64,000 nt of DNA from an uncultured Spirochaetota bacterium (GTDB lineage: Bacteria > Spirochaetota > UBA4802 > UBA5550): positions 320,001 through 384,000 of the forward strand of contig CAWHAA010000004.1 in assembly GCA_963827275.1 (NCBI GenBank), written 5' to 3'. The position numbers and the translations under genes were made by a program. Below the pieces are notes generated by a model. The model did no database searches. It was given only the letters and a program-made list of their open reading frames with translations, and was not told where the DNA came from. Shown here piece after piece: positions 18,819 to 28,892 of the stretch (position 1 is its first letter; every line of letters begins with the position of its first letter).

Positions 18819-19499
18819 ATGGGCCAAAAGGTTAATCCAGTAGGATTCAGGGTGGGAGTCAACAGGACGTGGGACTCCATATGGTATGAAGACAAGAAGA
18901 ATTACGCCAAATACCTTCACGAGGATCTTGCCATAAAGCAATTTGTCGAGAAGGAGAAGAAGTCCGCGGGGATATCCAGGGTCGCCATTGACCGGTTCCC
19001 GGACAGGGTGAACGTCAACATCCACGCGTCACGGCCCGGCGTGCTGATCGGCAAGAAAGGCTCCGATATCGAGGCCCTCAAGGAAAAATTGCAGAAGATT
19101 GCCACTAAAAATGTATATATAAACATCATCGAGGTGAAAAAGCCGGAAAAGAACGCCGCCCTGATAGCGCAGCAGATAGCGCAGCAGGTCGAGGGCCGTT
19201 TTCCTTACCGCAGGGCGGTCAAGCAGGCGATCACCAACGCTATGAGGACCGGCGCCCTCGGGATCAAGGTGGTATGCTCGGGACGTCTGAATAATGCTGA
19301 AATGGCGCGCCAGGAAGCGTACAAGGAAGGGCGGATCCCTCTCCACACCCTCCGCGCCGATATTGATTACGGGTTTGCAGAGGCATTGACCACGTTCGGT
19401 TTGATCGGTGTGAAGGTATGGATTTACAACGGGAACGTGATGTCGCAGGACCTGGAAGATGAGGAAGATAAATACACCGTCAAACGTAAAACAAAGTGA
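18819..19499 (+). CDS. rpsC: 30S ribosomal protein S3
   Basis: MGQKVNP and GRIPLHTLRADIDYG motifs. Confidence 0.98.
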   Translation: MGQKVNPVGFRVGVNRTWDSIWYEDKKNYAKYLHEDLAIKQFVEKEKKSAGISRVAIDRFPDRVNVNIHASRPGVLIGKKGSDIEALKEKLQKIATKNVYINIIEVKKPEKNAALIAQQIAQQVEGRFPYRRAVKQAITNAMRTGALGIKVVCSGRLNNAEMARQEAYKEGRIPLHTLRADIDYGFAEALTTFGLIGVKVWIYNGNVMSQDLEDEEDKYTVKRKTK

Positions 19500-19515
19500 G
19501 TAAGGGATAGCCGCC

Positions 19516-19926
19516 ATGTTAATGCCGAAACGACAGAAATTCAGGAAAGTGCAGCGTGGAAATATGCGCGGGAAGGCGATGCGCGGTTCCACGATCGCCT
19601 TCGGGGAGATAGGACTCAAGGTCATCGAACCCGGCGAGATTACCGCACGGCAGATTGAGGCGGCCCGGGTCGCCATTACGCGTAAGGTAAAGCGGGGCGG
19701 GAAGCTCTGGATCAGAATCTTCCCCGACCGCCCGTTCACCAAGAAGCCGGCGGAGACCAGGATGGGCAAGGGAAAGGGCAACCCCGAAGGGTTTGTCGCC
19801 AGGATAAAGCCCGGCAAAGTGATTTTTGAAATCGCCGGTATCGACCAGGTCCTCGCGAAGGAAGCGCTGACCAATGCAGCGTTCAAGATTCCCTTGAAGA
19901 CCAAGATTGTCACGATAAACGACTAG
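19516..19926 (+). CDS. rplP: 50S ribosomal protein L16
   Basis: [22 protein letters not shown] motif. Confidence 0.98.
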   Translation: MLMPKRQKFRKVQRGNMRGKAMRGSTIAFGEIGLKVIEPGEITARQIEAARVAITRKVKRGGKLWIRIFPDRPFTKKPAETRMGKGKGNPEGFVARIKPGKVIFEIAGIDQVLAKEALTNAAFKIPLKTKIVTIND

Positions 19927-19946
19927 ATGACGCGAGGAATCGAACA

Positions 19947-20159
19947 ATGAAAGGAAAACTCGAAGAACTGACAACTGAAGAGCTGGAGCGCAGCCTCAAT
20001 GAAACGAAGGAAAACCTCCGCAAGGAGCGTTTCAAGGCAGTCACCAGCAAGGTTGATAATCCGAAGAAGATTAAGGAACTGAAAAAGCATATAGCGAGAA
20101 TACTGACCTTGAAACGGCAGTATGCGCTCGGAATCAGGCAAAAAAAGGCATCGAGATAA
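19947..20159 (+). CDS. rpmC: 50S ribosomal protein L29
   Basis: NPKKIKELKKHIARILT; operon position. Confidence 0.93.
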   Translation: MKGKLEELTTEELERSLNETKENLRKERFKAVTSKVDNPKKIKELKKHIARILTLKRQYALGIRQKKASR

Positions 20160-20183
20160 TTTAACGGGAGAGCCGATCGAACC

Positions 20184-20435
20184 ATGGCAAAGAACAAAAA
20201 GCAACTAATCGGGAAAGTAGTAAGTGACAAGATGGACAAAACGATTGTCGTCGAGATCGAGAACCTTGTCATGCATCCTCTCTATAAAAAGTCGGTCCGC
20301 AGGACAAAAAAGCTGAAAAGCCATGATGAGAAAAACGAGTGCGCGATCGGAGACATGGTCAGGATAGAGGAAACGAGGCCGTTATCAAAAGAGAAGAGAT
20401 ACAGGCTGATTGAGATAGTAGAAAAAGCCAGGTAG
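20184..20435 (+). CDS. rpsQ: 30S ribosomal protein S17
   Basis: [11 protein letters not shown] and ETRPLSK motifs. Confidence 0.98.
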   Translation: MAKNKKQLIGKVVSDKMDKTIVVEIENLVMHPLYKKSVRRTKKLKSHDEKNECAIGDMVRIEETRPLSKEKRYRLIEIVEKAR

Positions 20436-20445
20436 AGGAAAAGCA

Positions 20446-20838
20446 ATGATCCAAGTTCAGACGATGCTGGAAGTGGCCGATAACAGCGGCGTAAAGCGTG
20501 TTCAGTGCATCAAGGTGCTGGGCGGCACGAGGCGGCGGTACGCCACGGTCGGCGATATCATCGTCGTGGCCGTCAAGGACGCGCAGCCGTCATACGGTCT
20601 GAAAGACACGATGGGGAAAAAGGTGCACGGCAAGGCGGTCCTCAGGGCCGTTGTTGTCCGCACGACGAGCCCGGTGCGGCGGAAAGACGGGTCACTGATC
20701 AGATTTGACGATAACGCGGTCGCTATCATCGATGCCAAGGGTGAGCCGAGGGGCTCCCGTATTTTCGGCCCGGTGGCGCGCGAACTGCGGGACAAGAATT
20801 TTCTGAAGATCGTTTCCCTGGCGCCAGAGGTTTTATAG
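20446..20838 (+). CDS. rplN: 50S ribosomal protein L14 (130 aa, internal insertion)
   Basis: [17 protein letters not shown] and SLAPEVL motifs. Confidence 0.98.
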   Translation: MIQVQTMLEVADNSGVKRVQCIKVLGGTRRRYATVGDIIVVAVKDAQPSYGLKDTMGKKVHGKAVLRAVVVRTTSPVRRKDGSLIRFDDNAVAIIDAKGEPRGSRIFGPVARELRDKNFLKIVSLAPEVL

Positions 20839-20851
20839 AAGGATATATGCC

Positions 20852-21181
20852 ATGAAACAAGAAATTAAAGTCACACGCATAAAGGCGAATGATAACGTAG
20901 TCGTGAATACGGGCGCCGATCGCGGCAGGCGGGGCAAGGTGCTGAAGGTCAGCACCAAGAACGGACGCGTCATTGTCGAGGGTATCAATAAAAAGAACAA
21001 GTATCTGAAGCCGGGACCGGAACAGCCCAAGGGCGGAAAAGTGAACGTGGAATTTCCTATCGATATATCCAATGTCATGATATTCTGCGATAAGTGCAAG
21101 AAGGGCGTCCGCATCGGCATTCAGTACAAGGATAAAACCAGGATCAGGGTCTGCAAGAAGTGCGGGAAGAACCTGGACTAG
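20852..21181 (+). CDS. rplX: 50S ribosomal protein L24
   Basis: KOW motif, VIVEGIN, PIDISNV and a CxxC pair. Confidence 0.97.
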   Translation: MKQEIKVTRIKANDNVVVNTGADRGRRGKVLKVSTKNGRVIVEGINKKNKYLKPGPEQPKGGKVNVEFPIDISNVMIFCDKCKKGVRIGIQYKDKTRIRVCKKCGKNLD

Positions 21182-21213
21182 TCACAAACAAGAATTGAAA
21201 AAGGACACGAGCG

Positions 21214-21756
21214 ATGGCCGCAAGATTAAGAGAAGATTACAATAAGAATATAAAAAAGAAGCTGATGGACCAGTTCAGGTACGGCTCTGTCATGGAAGTT
21301 CCGAAACTTGAAAAGATCGTCCTGAATGTCGGCATGGGCGACGGACATGCCAACCCGAACGGCATGAAGGCCGTCATCGAGGAGCTGACGAACATCACCG
21401 GGCAGCGCGCCGTTAAGACGCTATCGAAAAAGTCGATCGCGAACTTCAAGATCAGGGACGGCATGGAAGTGGGGTGCAGGGTCACCCTCCGCGGCGACCG
21501 GATGTATGAGTTCCTTGACCGCCTTATTAACGTGTCGCTCCCCCGGGTGCGTGACTTCAAGGGGCTTTCGCCGAAATCATTTGACAACTTCGGCAATTAT
21601 AACTTTTCCGTCATGGAACAGATCATTTTCCCTGAAATAGATTTCGACAAGGTCGAAAAAATTCACGGTATCAATATAACCATTGTGACAACAGCGAAAA
21701 AGAAAGAGGCTGCTAAAGCGCTGTTGGATGAATTCAAAATGCCATTTAGATCATAG
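21214..21756 (+). CDS. rplE: 50S ribosomal protein L5
   Basis: [20 protein letters not shown] and EQIIFPEI motifs. Confidence 0.98.
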   Translation: MAARLREDYNKNIKKKLMDQFRYGSVMEVPKLEKIVLNVGMGDGHANPNGMKAVIEELTNITGQRAVKTLSKKSIANFKIRDGMEVGCRVTLRGDRMYEFLDRLINVSLPRVRDFKGLSPKSFDNFGNYNFSVMEQIIFPEIDFDKVEKIHGINITIVTTAKKKEAAKALLDEFKMPFRS

Positions 21757-21767
21757 GAGATAACACT

Positions 21768-21953
21768 GTGGCACGGACAAGCTTATGGGCAAAACAGGAA
21801 CGCGGACCGAAATACAAGGTACGGTGGCACAACAGGTGTAAAATATGCGGAAGGTCCCGCGGATATTTGAGAAGGTTTGAAATGTGCAGGATTTGCTTTC
21901 GGAAGTTGGCGAGCGAGGGCAAGGTCCCCGGCGTCATTAAGTCATCTTGGTAA
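21768..21953 (+). CDS. rpsN: 30S ribosomal protein S14, short Zn-binding type
   Basis: 61 aa; RCKICGR and CRICFR motifs. Confidence 0.97.
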   Translation: MARTSLWAKQERGPKYKVRWHNRCKICGRSRGYLRRFEMCRICFRKLASEGKVPGVIKSSW

Positions 21954-21979
21954 AAAATTAACTGTTCAGGATAGAACAC

Positions 21980-22381
21980 ATGAGTGCTATTACAGATCCA
22001 ATTGCTGATATGCTCACCAGAATACGGAACGCCGTCAAGGCTGGGCATTTGATCGTCGATGTTCCATCTTCGAAAATGAAGGTATCCATCGCGAAGATAT
22101 TGAAAGATGAAGGATTTATAAAAAATTTCAAGTTGAATGATGATAACCGCCAGAAGGTTTTGCGGATATACCTCAAGTACACCGACCAGAACCAGCCGGC
22201 AATTCTCAATCTGACGAGGATAAGCAAGCCCGGACGGAGGGTTTACATACAGGCAGAGAATATTGTTCCGATTTACAACAATATCGGGATCTGGATCATA
22301 TCGACATCGAAAGGGATAATTACAAATAAAACCGCGAAAAAACTGAATGTCGGCGGTGAAGTTCTTTGCGAAATTTCATAA
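21980..22381 (+). CDS. rpsH: 30S ribosomal protein S8
   Basis: DPIADMLTRIRNA and RISKPGRRVY motifs. Confidence 0.98.
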   Translation: MSAITDPIADMLTRIRNAVKAGHLIVDVPSSKMKVSIAKILKDEGFIKNFKLNDDNRQKVLRIYLKYTDQNQPAILNLTRISKPGRRVYIQAENIVPIYNNIGIWIISTSKGIITNKTAKKLNVGGEVLCEIS

Positions 22382-22397
22382 CAGGATAGTAGCGGCA

Positions 22398-22940
22398 ATG
22401 TCACGAGTAGGGAAAAAACCGGTTCAATTACCGAAAGGCGTAACAGTCGATTATAAAGACCGGGTGCTTGCAGTTAAGGGGCCCCTGGGTGAAGAAATTT
22501 TGACCCTGACGGACGGCGTTGAACTTGAGATCAAGGACAACATCCTCACTCTTTCCGCGAAAAGCGCGGATGAAGATCAGGCGATTAATGCTGCATCGGG
22601 CCTCATGAGGGCCCTCATCAGCAATATGGTCACCGGCGTATCAAAGGGGTTCGAGAGAGAGATGGAGATCGTCGGGGTCGGCTACCGCGTGGCCCAGCAG
22701 AACAAGGACGTTCAGTTCCAGCTTGGATATTCGCACCCGATCGTTTTTTCACCGCCCGAGGGGATATCGATCGAGGTCATCGAGGCGACCAAGTTTAAAA
22801 TCAGGGGCGTAAACAAGCAGCAGGTGGGACAGGTGGCGGCCGATATACGCAAGCTCCGTCCGCCCGAGCCCTACAAGGGGAAGGGCATCCGGTATAAAGA
22901 CGAACGTGTCAGGAAAAAAGCGGGAAAGACAGGTAAATAG
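22398..22940 (+). CDS. rplF: 50S ribosomal protein L6
   Basis: MSRVGKKP and RPPEPYKGKGIRY motifs. Confidence 0.98.
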   Translation: MSRVGKKPVQLPKGVTVDYKDRVLAVKGPLGEEILTLTDGVELEIKDNILTLSAKSADEDQAINAASGLMRALISNMVTGVSKGFEREMEIVGVGYRVAQQNKDVQFQLGYSHPIVFSPPEGISIEVIEATKFKIRGVNKQQVGQVAADIRKLRPPEPYKGKGIRYKDERVRKKAGKTGK

Positions 22941-22942
22941 CA

Positions 22943-23308
22943 ATGGATAAGATCGCTTTAAAAAAGAAACGGATCACAAGAAGAAGATTCATCATCAAAA
23001 AGAAAATACGGATGAACAAGGACGTCCTGCGTCTTTGCATCAACAAGTTCAACAGCAACATATATGTCCAGATAATAGACGATGGGAAACAGGCCACGGT
23101 CGTAGCGATGTCCACGCTGGCAAAGGAATTTCCCGATATGAAAAACAGGGCGAACAAAGAAGCCGCGAAGGTGCTTGGCAAGCTGTTTGCAGAAAAGGCC
23201 GTTAAGGCGGGATTCAAGAAGGTTGTTTTTGACAGGAACGGGTTCAAGTACCACGGCAGGGTGAAAGCGTTTGCCGACGCGGCGAGAGAAAATGGCCTGG
23301 AGTTCTAG
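22943..23308 (+). CDS. rplR: 50S ribosomal protein L18
   Basis: [28 protein letters not shown] motif. Confidence 0.97.
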   Translation: MDKIALKKKRITRRRFIIKKKIRMNKDVLRLCINKFNSNIYVQIIDDGKQATVVAMSTLAKEFPDMKNRANKEAAKVLGKLFAEKAVKAGFKKVVFDRNGFKYHGRVKAFADAARENGLEF

Positions 23309-23319
23309 GAGACGCTATA

Positions 23320-23832
23320 ATGAAAATTAAAAGAAAGAAAGTCGCTCCCACTGAATTGGAGCTCGCGGAAAAAATCGTGACGATAAACCGGGTCGCCAAG
23401 GTCGTTAAGGGCGGGAGGCGGTTTTCCTTCAATGCGCTTGCGGTCCTGGGTGACGGTAAGGGGCATGTGGGGATAGGTTTCGGCAAGGCCAATGAGGTCC
23501 CCGATGCCATTGACAAAAGCAAGGAAGACGCCAAGAAGAACATCTTCAAGGTGAACGTGCATAAAAACACGATCCCCCACCAGGTCATTGGCAAATTCAA
23601 ATCAGCGAAGGTGATCCTGAAGCCGGCCGCACCCGGTACCGGGATCATCGCCGGGTCGTCGGTGAGGGCGGTGCTGGAACGGGCAGGCGTCAGCGACGTT
23701 CTTTCAAAAGCGCAGGGCTCGAGAAATCCGGTAAACCTGGTGAAGGCGACGCTGGACGGGCTGCTCCAGTTGCGGAGCTACGAGGAAGTCGCGAAGATGC
23801 GGGACATTCCTCTCAGTAAGTTATGGGAATAG
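23320..23832 (+). CDS. rpsE: 30S ribosomal protein S5
   Basis: [14 protein letters not shown] and [11 protein letters not shown] motifs. Confidence 0.98.
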   Translation: MKIKRKKVAPTELELAEKIVTINRVAKVVKGGRRFSFNALAVLGDGKGHVGIGFGKANEVPDAIDKSKEDAKKNIFKVNVHKNTIPHQVIGKFKSAKVILKPAAPGTGIIAGSSVRAVLERAGVSDVLSKAQGSRNPVNLVKATLDGLLQLRSYEEVAKMRDIPLSKLWE

Positions 23833-23844
23833 TTGGGTGACATC

Positions 23845-24033
23845 ATGGCAAAGAAGCTGTTAGTTACGCAGATAAAAAGCAGTATCGGCACTCTGCCGAA
23901 GCAGAAGGCGACACTCAGGGCTCTGGGATTGCGCAGGATATCCGCCGAGCGACTTCATGATAATACCGCGGTTGTCAGGGGCATGATCGACAAGGTGTGC
24001 CACCTGGTGCGCGTGAAAGAAATTGACCAGTAG
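23845..24033 (+). CDS. rpmD: 50S ribosomal protein L30
   Basis: QKATLRALGLRR and RGMIDKV; operon position. Confidence 0.95.
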   Translation: MAKKLLVTQIKSSIGTLPKQKATLRALGLRRISAERLHDNTAVVRGMIDKVCHLVRVKEIDQ

Positions 24034-24045
24034 AGAGATGTAACC

Positions 24046-24507
24046 ATGGAAGAGATCTATACACTGAAAAAACCCGAAACATTCAAGAAAAGAAAACGGG
24101 TAGGACGCGGGAACGGCAGCGGGCGTGGAAGCCAGTGCGGCAAGGGACATGACGGCCAGCTCAGCAGGGCCGGCAAGAAGCACTATGCATGGTTCGAGGG
24201 CGGGCAGATGCCGCTCCAGCGCCGGATCCCCAAGCGCGGATTCAATAATTACACGAAAAAGGATTTCCAGGTGGTGAATATCGCCACACTAGAAAGATTG
24301 GGCGTTTCAGAAGTAAATCCCGAGCAGTTGAAAAAAGCCGGCCTGATTGCGAGAACGGAGCGGCTCATCAAGGTCCTTGGCAAGGGTGAGATCGGGAAAC
24401 CGGTCAAAGTTGTAGCCGACGCCTTTTCCGCTAGTGCCATTGAAAAGATTAAGAAAGCCGGCGGTGAGGCGATTGTACGCAAGTTGCCGGTTTCGGAAGA
24501 GAAATAA
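24046..24507 (+). CDS. rplO: 50S ribosomal protein L15
   Basis: RVGRGNGSG and FEGGQMPLQRRIPKRGF motifs. Confidence 0.98.
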   Translation: MEEIYTLKKPETFKKRKRVGRGNGSGRGSQCGKGHDGQLSRAGKKHYAWFEGGQMPLQRRIPKRGFNNYTKKDFQVVNIATLERLGVSEVNPEQLKKAGLIARTERLIKVLGKGEIGKPVKVVADAFSASAIEKIKKAGGEAIVRKLPVSEEK

Positions 24508-24529
24508 AAGGGTATTGCCAGGGTAAATA

Positions 24530-25867
24530 ATGGCCAACGTTGTCGTAAACATATTCAAAATTCCCGATTTAAGAAAGCGGATCCTGTTCACCCTGGTCAT
24601 GCTGGTTGTATACAGGATCGGCGCGCATATACCGATTCCGGGGATCAATGTTCAGGCCCTTTCGTCGTATTTTACGCAAGCGCAGAGTTCAGGGATGCTG
24701 GATTTCTTCGACCTGTTTTCGGGCGGAGCGTTCAAACGCTTTACGATATTCGCGCTCGGCATAATGCCCTATATATCGGCATCTATTATAATCGATCTTT
24801 TAAAAGTGGTGTTTCCCGCCCTGGAACGACTTGCGAAGGAAGGGCACGAGGGCCACAAAAAAATTACCCAGTATACCAGGTACGGAACTGTGGTACTGAC
24901 CGCCGCACAGTCCTTCGGGCTCACCTTCTGGATGAGATCAATGAAGACCACGGCAGGCGGGTCCGTTGTTCCGGATGATGCCGGCATCGGTTTCATCATC
25001 ATTGCGGTGACGACCATAACGACGGGCACCATGGTCCTGGTCTGGCTCGGCGACATCATTACTGAACGGGGCATCGGCAACGGGATATCCCTTATCATCA
25101 TGGCGGGTATCGTCGTGCGGGCGCCAAACGCATTCCAGGCGACGTTAAAAAAGATCGGGGACACGGGTGAGCCGATCGTCGGTGTCATAATGCTGGTCCT
25201 ATTTCTGGGTGTCGTGGCAGCGTCAATACTATTGACTCTGGGGCAGCGGAGGATACCGGTACAGTACGGGAAGAAACAAACGGGCAGGAGCATGGTGCAG
25301 CGGAGCGCGCAGTATATCCCGCTCCGGGTCAATGCAGCCGGCGTCATTCCCATAATCTTTGCTGCCGCGATCATAACGTTTCCGGCGCAGATAATAAGCT
25401 TTGCCGGCGGCACCAGTTCGGGCGTATTGAATAAGATCCAGTTCTGGCTTTCGCCGGGGCACGTGCCGTACATGATTCTGTACAGCGGACTTATAATATT
25501 TTTCTGTTTTTTTTACACGGCGATCCGTTTCAATCCGACCGAAATAGCGGACAACCTGAAGAAATACGGCGGATTTATCCCGGGCATACGGCCGGGTCAG
25601 AGTACCGCGGAATATATAATGAGCATATTGAACAAGATCAACCTGTCGGGGTCAATTTTTCTGGCATTCATCGCAATCATCCCGGACCTGGTCCTCGGCA
25701 TCTGGCCGGAACAGATAGCGCCGGAGATGGCGCATCTCATGGGGGGCACCTCGCTGCTCATCATTGTCGGGGTTGCCCTTGACACACTGCAGCAGATCGA
25801 GTCACAACTGCTCATGAGGCATTATGACGGCTTTATGAAAGGGGCCCGGATGAAGGGCCGGCATTAA
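24530..25867 (+). CDS. secY: Preprotein translocase subunit SecY
   Basis: About 10 TM segments; IFALGIMPYISASII, GIGNGISL, FIPGIRPG and GGTSLLI motifs. Confidence 0.98.
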   Translation: MANVVVNIFKIPDLRKRILFTLVMLVVYRIGAHIPIPGINVQALSSYFTQAQSSGMLDFFDLFSGGAFKRFTIFALGIMPYISASIIIDLLKVVFPALERLAKEGHEGHKKITQYTRYGTVVLTAAQSFGLTFWMRSMKTTAGGSVVPDDAGIGFIIIAVTTITTGTMVLVWLGDIITERGIGNGISLIIMAGIVVRAPNAFQATLKKIGDTGEPIVGVIMLVLFLGVVAASILLTLGQRRIPVQYGKKQTGRSMVQRSAQYIPLRVNAAGVIPIIFAAAIITFPAQIISFAGGTSSGVLNKIQFWLSPGHVPYMILYSGLIIFFCFFYTAIRFNPTEIADNLKKYGGFIPGIRPGQSTAEYIMSILNKINLSGSIFLAFIAIIPDLVLGIWPEQIAPEMAHLMGGTSLLIIVGVALDTLQQIESQLLMRHYDGFMKGARMKGRH

Positions 25868-25905
25868 AAGGCGCGGGGTAATAACATTAATCAGTACGTG
25901 AGTAT

Positions 25906-26127
25906 ATGGCAAAAGAAGAACCGATTGAAGTAGAAGGTGTGGTGGTTGAGCCGCTCCCGAACGCTATGTTCAGGGTGAAGCTCGAAAACGGGCATGTGGT
26001 GCTCGCGCATATCTCGGGAAAGATGAGGATGCACTACATCCGGATACTGGCGGGAGACAAGGTCACTGTTGAACTATCGCCCTATGATTTAAGCCGGGGC
26101 AGGATAATATACCGCTCTAAAAACTAG
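25906..26127 (+). CDS. infA: Translation initiation factor IF-1
   Basis: AHISGKMR and VELSPYDL motifs. Confidence 0.98.
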   Translation: MAKEEPIEVEGVVVEPLPNAMFRVKLENGHVVLAHISGKMRMHYIRILAGDKVTVELSPYDLSRGRIIYRSKN

Positions 26128-26180
26128 GATGTCACAACGGGCGTTTGCAGAGTACGGTAACGGGTCATGAGAGGAAAAAG

Positions 26181-26315
26181 ATGAAAGTACGAGTGTCGGT
26201 AAAAAAAATATGCAATGAATGCAAGGTCATCAAACGTCATGGCGTTGTGCGGGTCATATGCTCCAACCCGCGTCATAAACAGCGCCAGAAAGTGCGGACC
26301 GTGAAAAAACATTAA
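26181..26315 (+). CDS. rpmJ: 50S ribosomal protein L36 (absent from the ORF track; 44 aa)
   Basis: Manual translation: [50 protein letters not shown]. Confidence 0.95.
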   Translation: MKVRVSVKKICNECKVIKRHGVVRVICSNPRHKQRQKVRTVKKH

Positions 26316-26338
26316 GGTAATAGTACCACGAGGAAAAT

Positions 26339-26722
26339 ATGGCACGTATAGCGGGCGTTGATTTACCAAGTAATAAAAGAATTGAAGTCGGATTGACGTA
26401 TATTTACGGCATCGGCCCGTCGATATCAAAAAAAATTCTCGCGGATGCCAAGGTGGACCCCGACAAGAGGGTCAAGGATCTGGCGGATGAAGAGATCAAT
26501 GATATACGAAAGGCTATAGAAAAAACTGCAAAGGTTGAAGGCGATCTGCGCACGGAAATCGCCATGAATATAAAACGCCTTCAGGATATCGGTTGCTACC
26601 GGGGAGTCCGGCACCGGAGGGGCCTGCCGGTACGGGGGCAGAACACGAAGAACAATGCACGCACCCGGAAGGGAAAACGCGGCACGCCGGTGGGCAGCAA
26701 GAAGAAAACTCTATCTAAATAA
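26339..26722 (+). CDS. rpsM: 30S ribosomal protein S13
   Basis: MARIAGV and [11 protein letters not shown] motifs. Confidence 0.98.
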   Translation: MARIAGVDLPSNKRIEVGLTYIYGIGPSISKKILADAKVDPDKRVKDLADEEINDIRKAIEKTAKVEGDLRTEIAMNIKRLQDIGCYRGVRHRRGLPVRGQNTKNNARTRKGKRGTPVGSKKKTLSK

Positions 26723-26732
26723 GGAGTAGATT

Positions 26733-27125
26733 GTGAAAGGGAAGAAAGTTAAAACCCGGAAAAAAGAGAAGCGGATAGTGCCGATAGGCAAGGCATTTGT
26801 CCAGGCCACATATAATAATACAATAATCACGCTGACCGACATGCAGGGGAATGTCATTGCATGGGCGTCCTCCGGTGGAGAAGGCTTCAAGGGCTCCCGT
26901 AAATCCACCCCCTTTGCCGCGCAGATGGCGGCCAAGACAGCGGCGCAAAACGCGATCAGTAATGCCGGGCTGCAGAATGTAGAGGTGTTTGTCAAGGGTC
27001 CTGGAATCGGCAGGGAGGCTGCTGTCCGCTCGCTGTTTCAGGCCGGGTTGAATATTACCAAGATTAAGGATGTCACCCCGGTGCCGCATAACGGGTGCAG
27101 GCCTAAGAAGAGAAGAAGAGTATAA
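26733..27125 (+). CDS. rpsK: 30S ribosomal protein S11
   Basis: SRKSTPFAA and [12 protein letters not shown] motifs. Confidence 0.98.
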   Translation: MKGKKVKTRKKEKRIVPIGKAFVQATYNNTIITLTDMQGNVIAWASSGGEGFKGSRKSTPFAAQMAAKTAAQNAISNAGLQNVEVFVKGPGIGREAAVRSLFQAGLNITKIKDVTPVPHNGCRPKKRRRV

Positions 27126-27139
27126 TGGAGTGATGCAGT

Positions 27140-27772
27140 ATGGGAAGATATACCGGTCCACGGTGCAAGTTGTGCCGGCGTGAAATGACGCCGCTGATGT
27201 TGAAAGGCCAGAGATGCCTGACTGATAAATGCCCGATCAAGGGCAAGAAAAAGTATCCTCCCGGCCCGCCGCGGAAGAGACGCGCCAAGTTGTCGGACTA
27301 CGCGGTCCAGCTGCGTGAAAAGCAGAGGATCAAGCGGAGTTATGGCATGCTTGAAAAGCAATTCAGGCTTGTCTTCCATGACGCCTTGAGAATGAAGGGC
27401 GTAACGGGCGACAACCTCATGTCTCTTCTCGAGCGGCGGCTGGACAATGTCGTATACCGGATGGGGTTTGCGTCTTCGAGGACGCAGGCGCGCCAGCTGG
27501 TGATGCACAAGCATGTGACGGTAAACGGCCGCGTGGTGGACATCCCGTCGTACCGCGTTGCCGAAGGCAATGATGTCGCCATGAGAGAGAATTACGCGAG
27601 CAACGTAATGCTCGAGGATTCTATAAAACTGGCAAAGGCGATCGATTCGATCCCCGGCTGGATCCAGGTCGATTTTGAAAAACGAAGCGGAAAAATTGTC
27701 CGCATGCCGTTACGCGAAGATTTGACTTCGAACTTTAATGACCAGCTCGTCGTTGAGCTGTATTCGAAATAG
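27140..27772 (+). CDS. rpsD: 30S ribosomal protein S4 (Cys-containing N-terminus)
   Basis: LLERRLDNVVYR, ARQLV and VVELYSK motifs. Confidence 0.98.
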   Translation: MGRYTGPRCKLCRREMTPLMLKGQRCLTDKCPIKGKKKYPPGPPRKRRAKLSDYAVQLREKQRIKRSYGMLEKQFRLVFHDALRMKGVTGDNLMSLLERRLDNVVYRMGFASSRTQARQLVMHKHVTVNGRVVDIPSYRVAEGNDVAMRENYASNVMLEDSIKLAKAIDSIPGWIQVDFEKRSGKIVRMPLREDLTSNFNDQLVVELYSK

Positions 27773-27787
27773 CATTCTGCCTGGCGT

Positions 27788-27894
27788 GGTGCAGCCACTG
27801 ATCAGTTTGTCCGCGCAAGAGCGGATGCCCTGATCGCTTGCGGCTGCGCCCGGAAGGGAGCACTGTACAGTCTGTCTGTTCCCTTATTTGTTTT
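27788..27894 (+). promoter_or_regulatory. Two-hairpin structured element upstream of rpoA
   Basis: Nested stems GGTGCAGCC/GGCTGCGCC, GATCAG/CTGATC and TCCGC/GCGGA, then AAGGGAGCA/TGTTCCCTT with a U-rich tail. Confidence 0.5.
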
Positions 27895-27914
27895 GCATTG
27901 AAATGGAGGTGAAA

Positions 27915-28880
27915 ATGGCCCCACGAAACCTGCTCAAGGGCTTTAAAAGACCAAGTAAAATTACATTCGAACACGATGAGTTACAGCCGAATTATGGTCG
28001 CTTTGTCGCTGAGCCTTTTGAAAAGGGCTATGGGTTGACTATAGGAAATTCACTGCGGCGCGTATTGCTGTCGTCGATAGAAGGCGCGGCGATAACCGCC
28101 ATCAAGATTGAGGGCGTTCCTCATGAATTTTTCACCATCCCCGGCGTGTTCGAGGATGTCACGAGGATAATACTCAATCTGAAAAAGCTGCGGTTCAAGT
28201 ACGCCGGCGAGCTTCAGAAGGTGCTGCACGTCAAGAAGACGGGCCCCGGGGAGCTGAAGGGGGAAGACTTCAGCGTGGATTCTGAAATCGAGATCATGAA
28301 CCAGGAACAAATTGTCGCCACCCTCAACGATTCAGGCGTGATCGACATGGAAGTGCAGATCGAGCGCGGCAGGGGTTATGTCCCGGCCGAGGTGAATAAA
28401 TCCAACACCGAGACCGTGGGCGTTATCCCGATTGACTCCATATTTTCACCGGTAAAAAAGGTGAACGTGAAGGTGGAAGATACCCGCGTCGGACAGCGGA
28501 CCGACTTTGACAAGCTGATCCTCGAGATATGGACTGACGGCTCCATAACGCCCGATGACGCGCTCGCGCACGCGGCGAAGATAATCAAGGACCACATGAC
28601 GATCTTCATCAATTTTGAAGAGGAAGTCGAGGAAGAGATAGAGGAAGTAGATGAAAATATCGAGAAGATGAGGTCCCTCCTGGCCAAATCGATCGATGAG
28701 ATAGAGCTTTCGGTTCGGTCGTATAACACGCTGAAGAGCCAGGATGTGTCCACGCTGGAACAGCTGGTGAAGAAGACCGAAGATGAGCTGAAAAAATCAA
28801 AGCATTACAGTGATCTGGTTCTTCATGAAATTAAATCGAAGCTGGATTCACTGCATTTAAGCTTGGGATTAAAGGATTAA
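27915..28880 (+). CDS. rpoA: RNA polymerase alpha subunit
   Basis: EPFEKGYGLTIGNSLRRVLLSS, TRVGQRTDFDKL and ELSVRSYN motifs; SD GGAGGT. Confidence 0.98.
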   Translation: MAPRNLLKGFKRPSKITFEHDELQPNYGRFVAEPFEKGYGLTIGNSLRRVLLSSIEGAAITAIKIEGVPHEFFTIPGVFEDVTRIILNLKKLRFKYAGELQKVLHVKKTGPGELKGEDFSVDSEIEIMNQEQIVATLNDSGVIDMEVQIERGRGYVPAEVNKSNTETVGVIPIDSIFSPVKKVNVKVEDTRVGQRTDFDKLILEIWTDGSITPDDALAHAAKIIKDHMTIFINFEEEVEEEIEEVDENIEKMRSLLAKSIDEIELSVRSYNTLKSQDVSTLEQLVKKTEDELKKSKHYSDLVLHEIKSKLDSLHLSLGLKD

Positions 28881-28892
28881 ACGGGAACGGAC

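Noticed and set aside
27788..27850. SRP (4.5S) RNA
   Set aside because: It lacks the conserved helix-8 GNRA loop with the CAGG/AGCA internal-loop signature.
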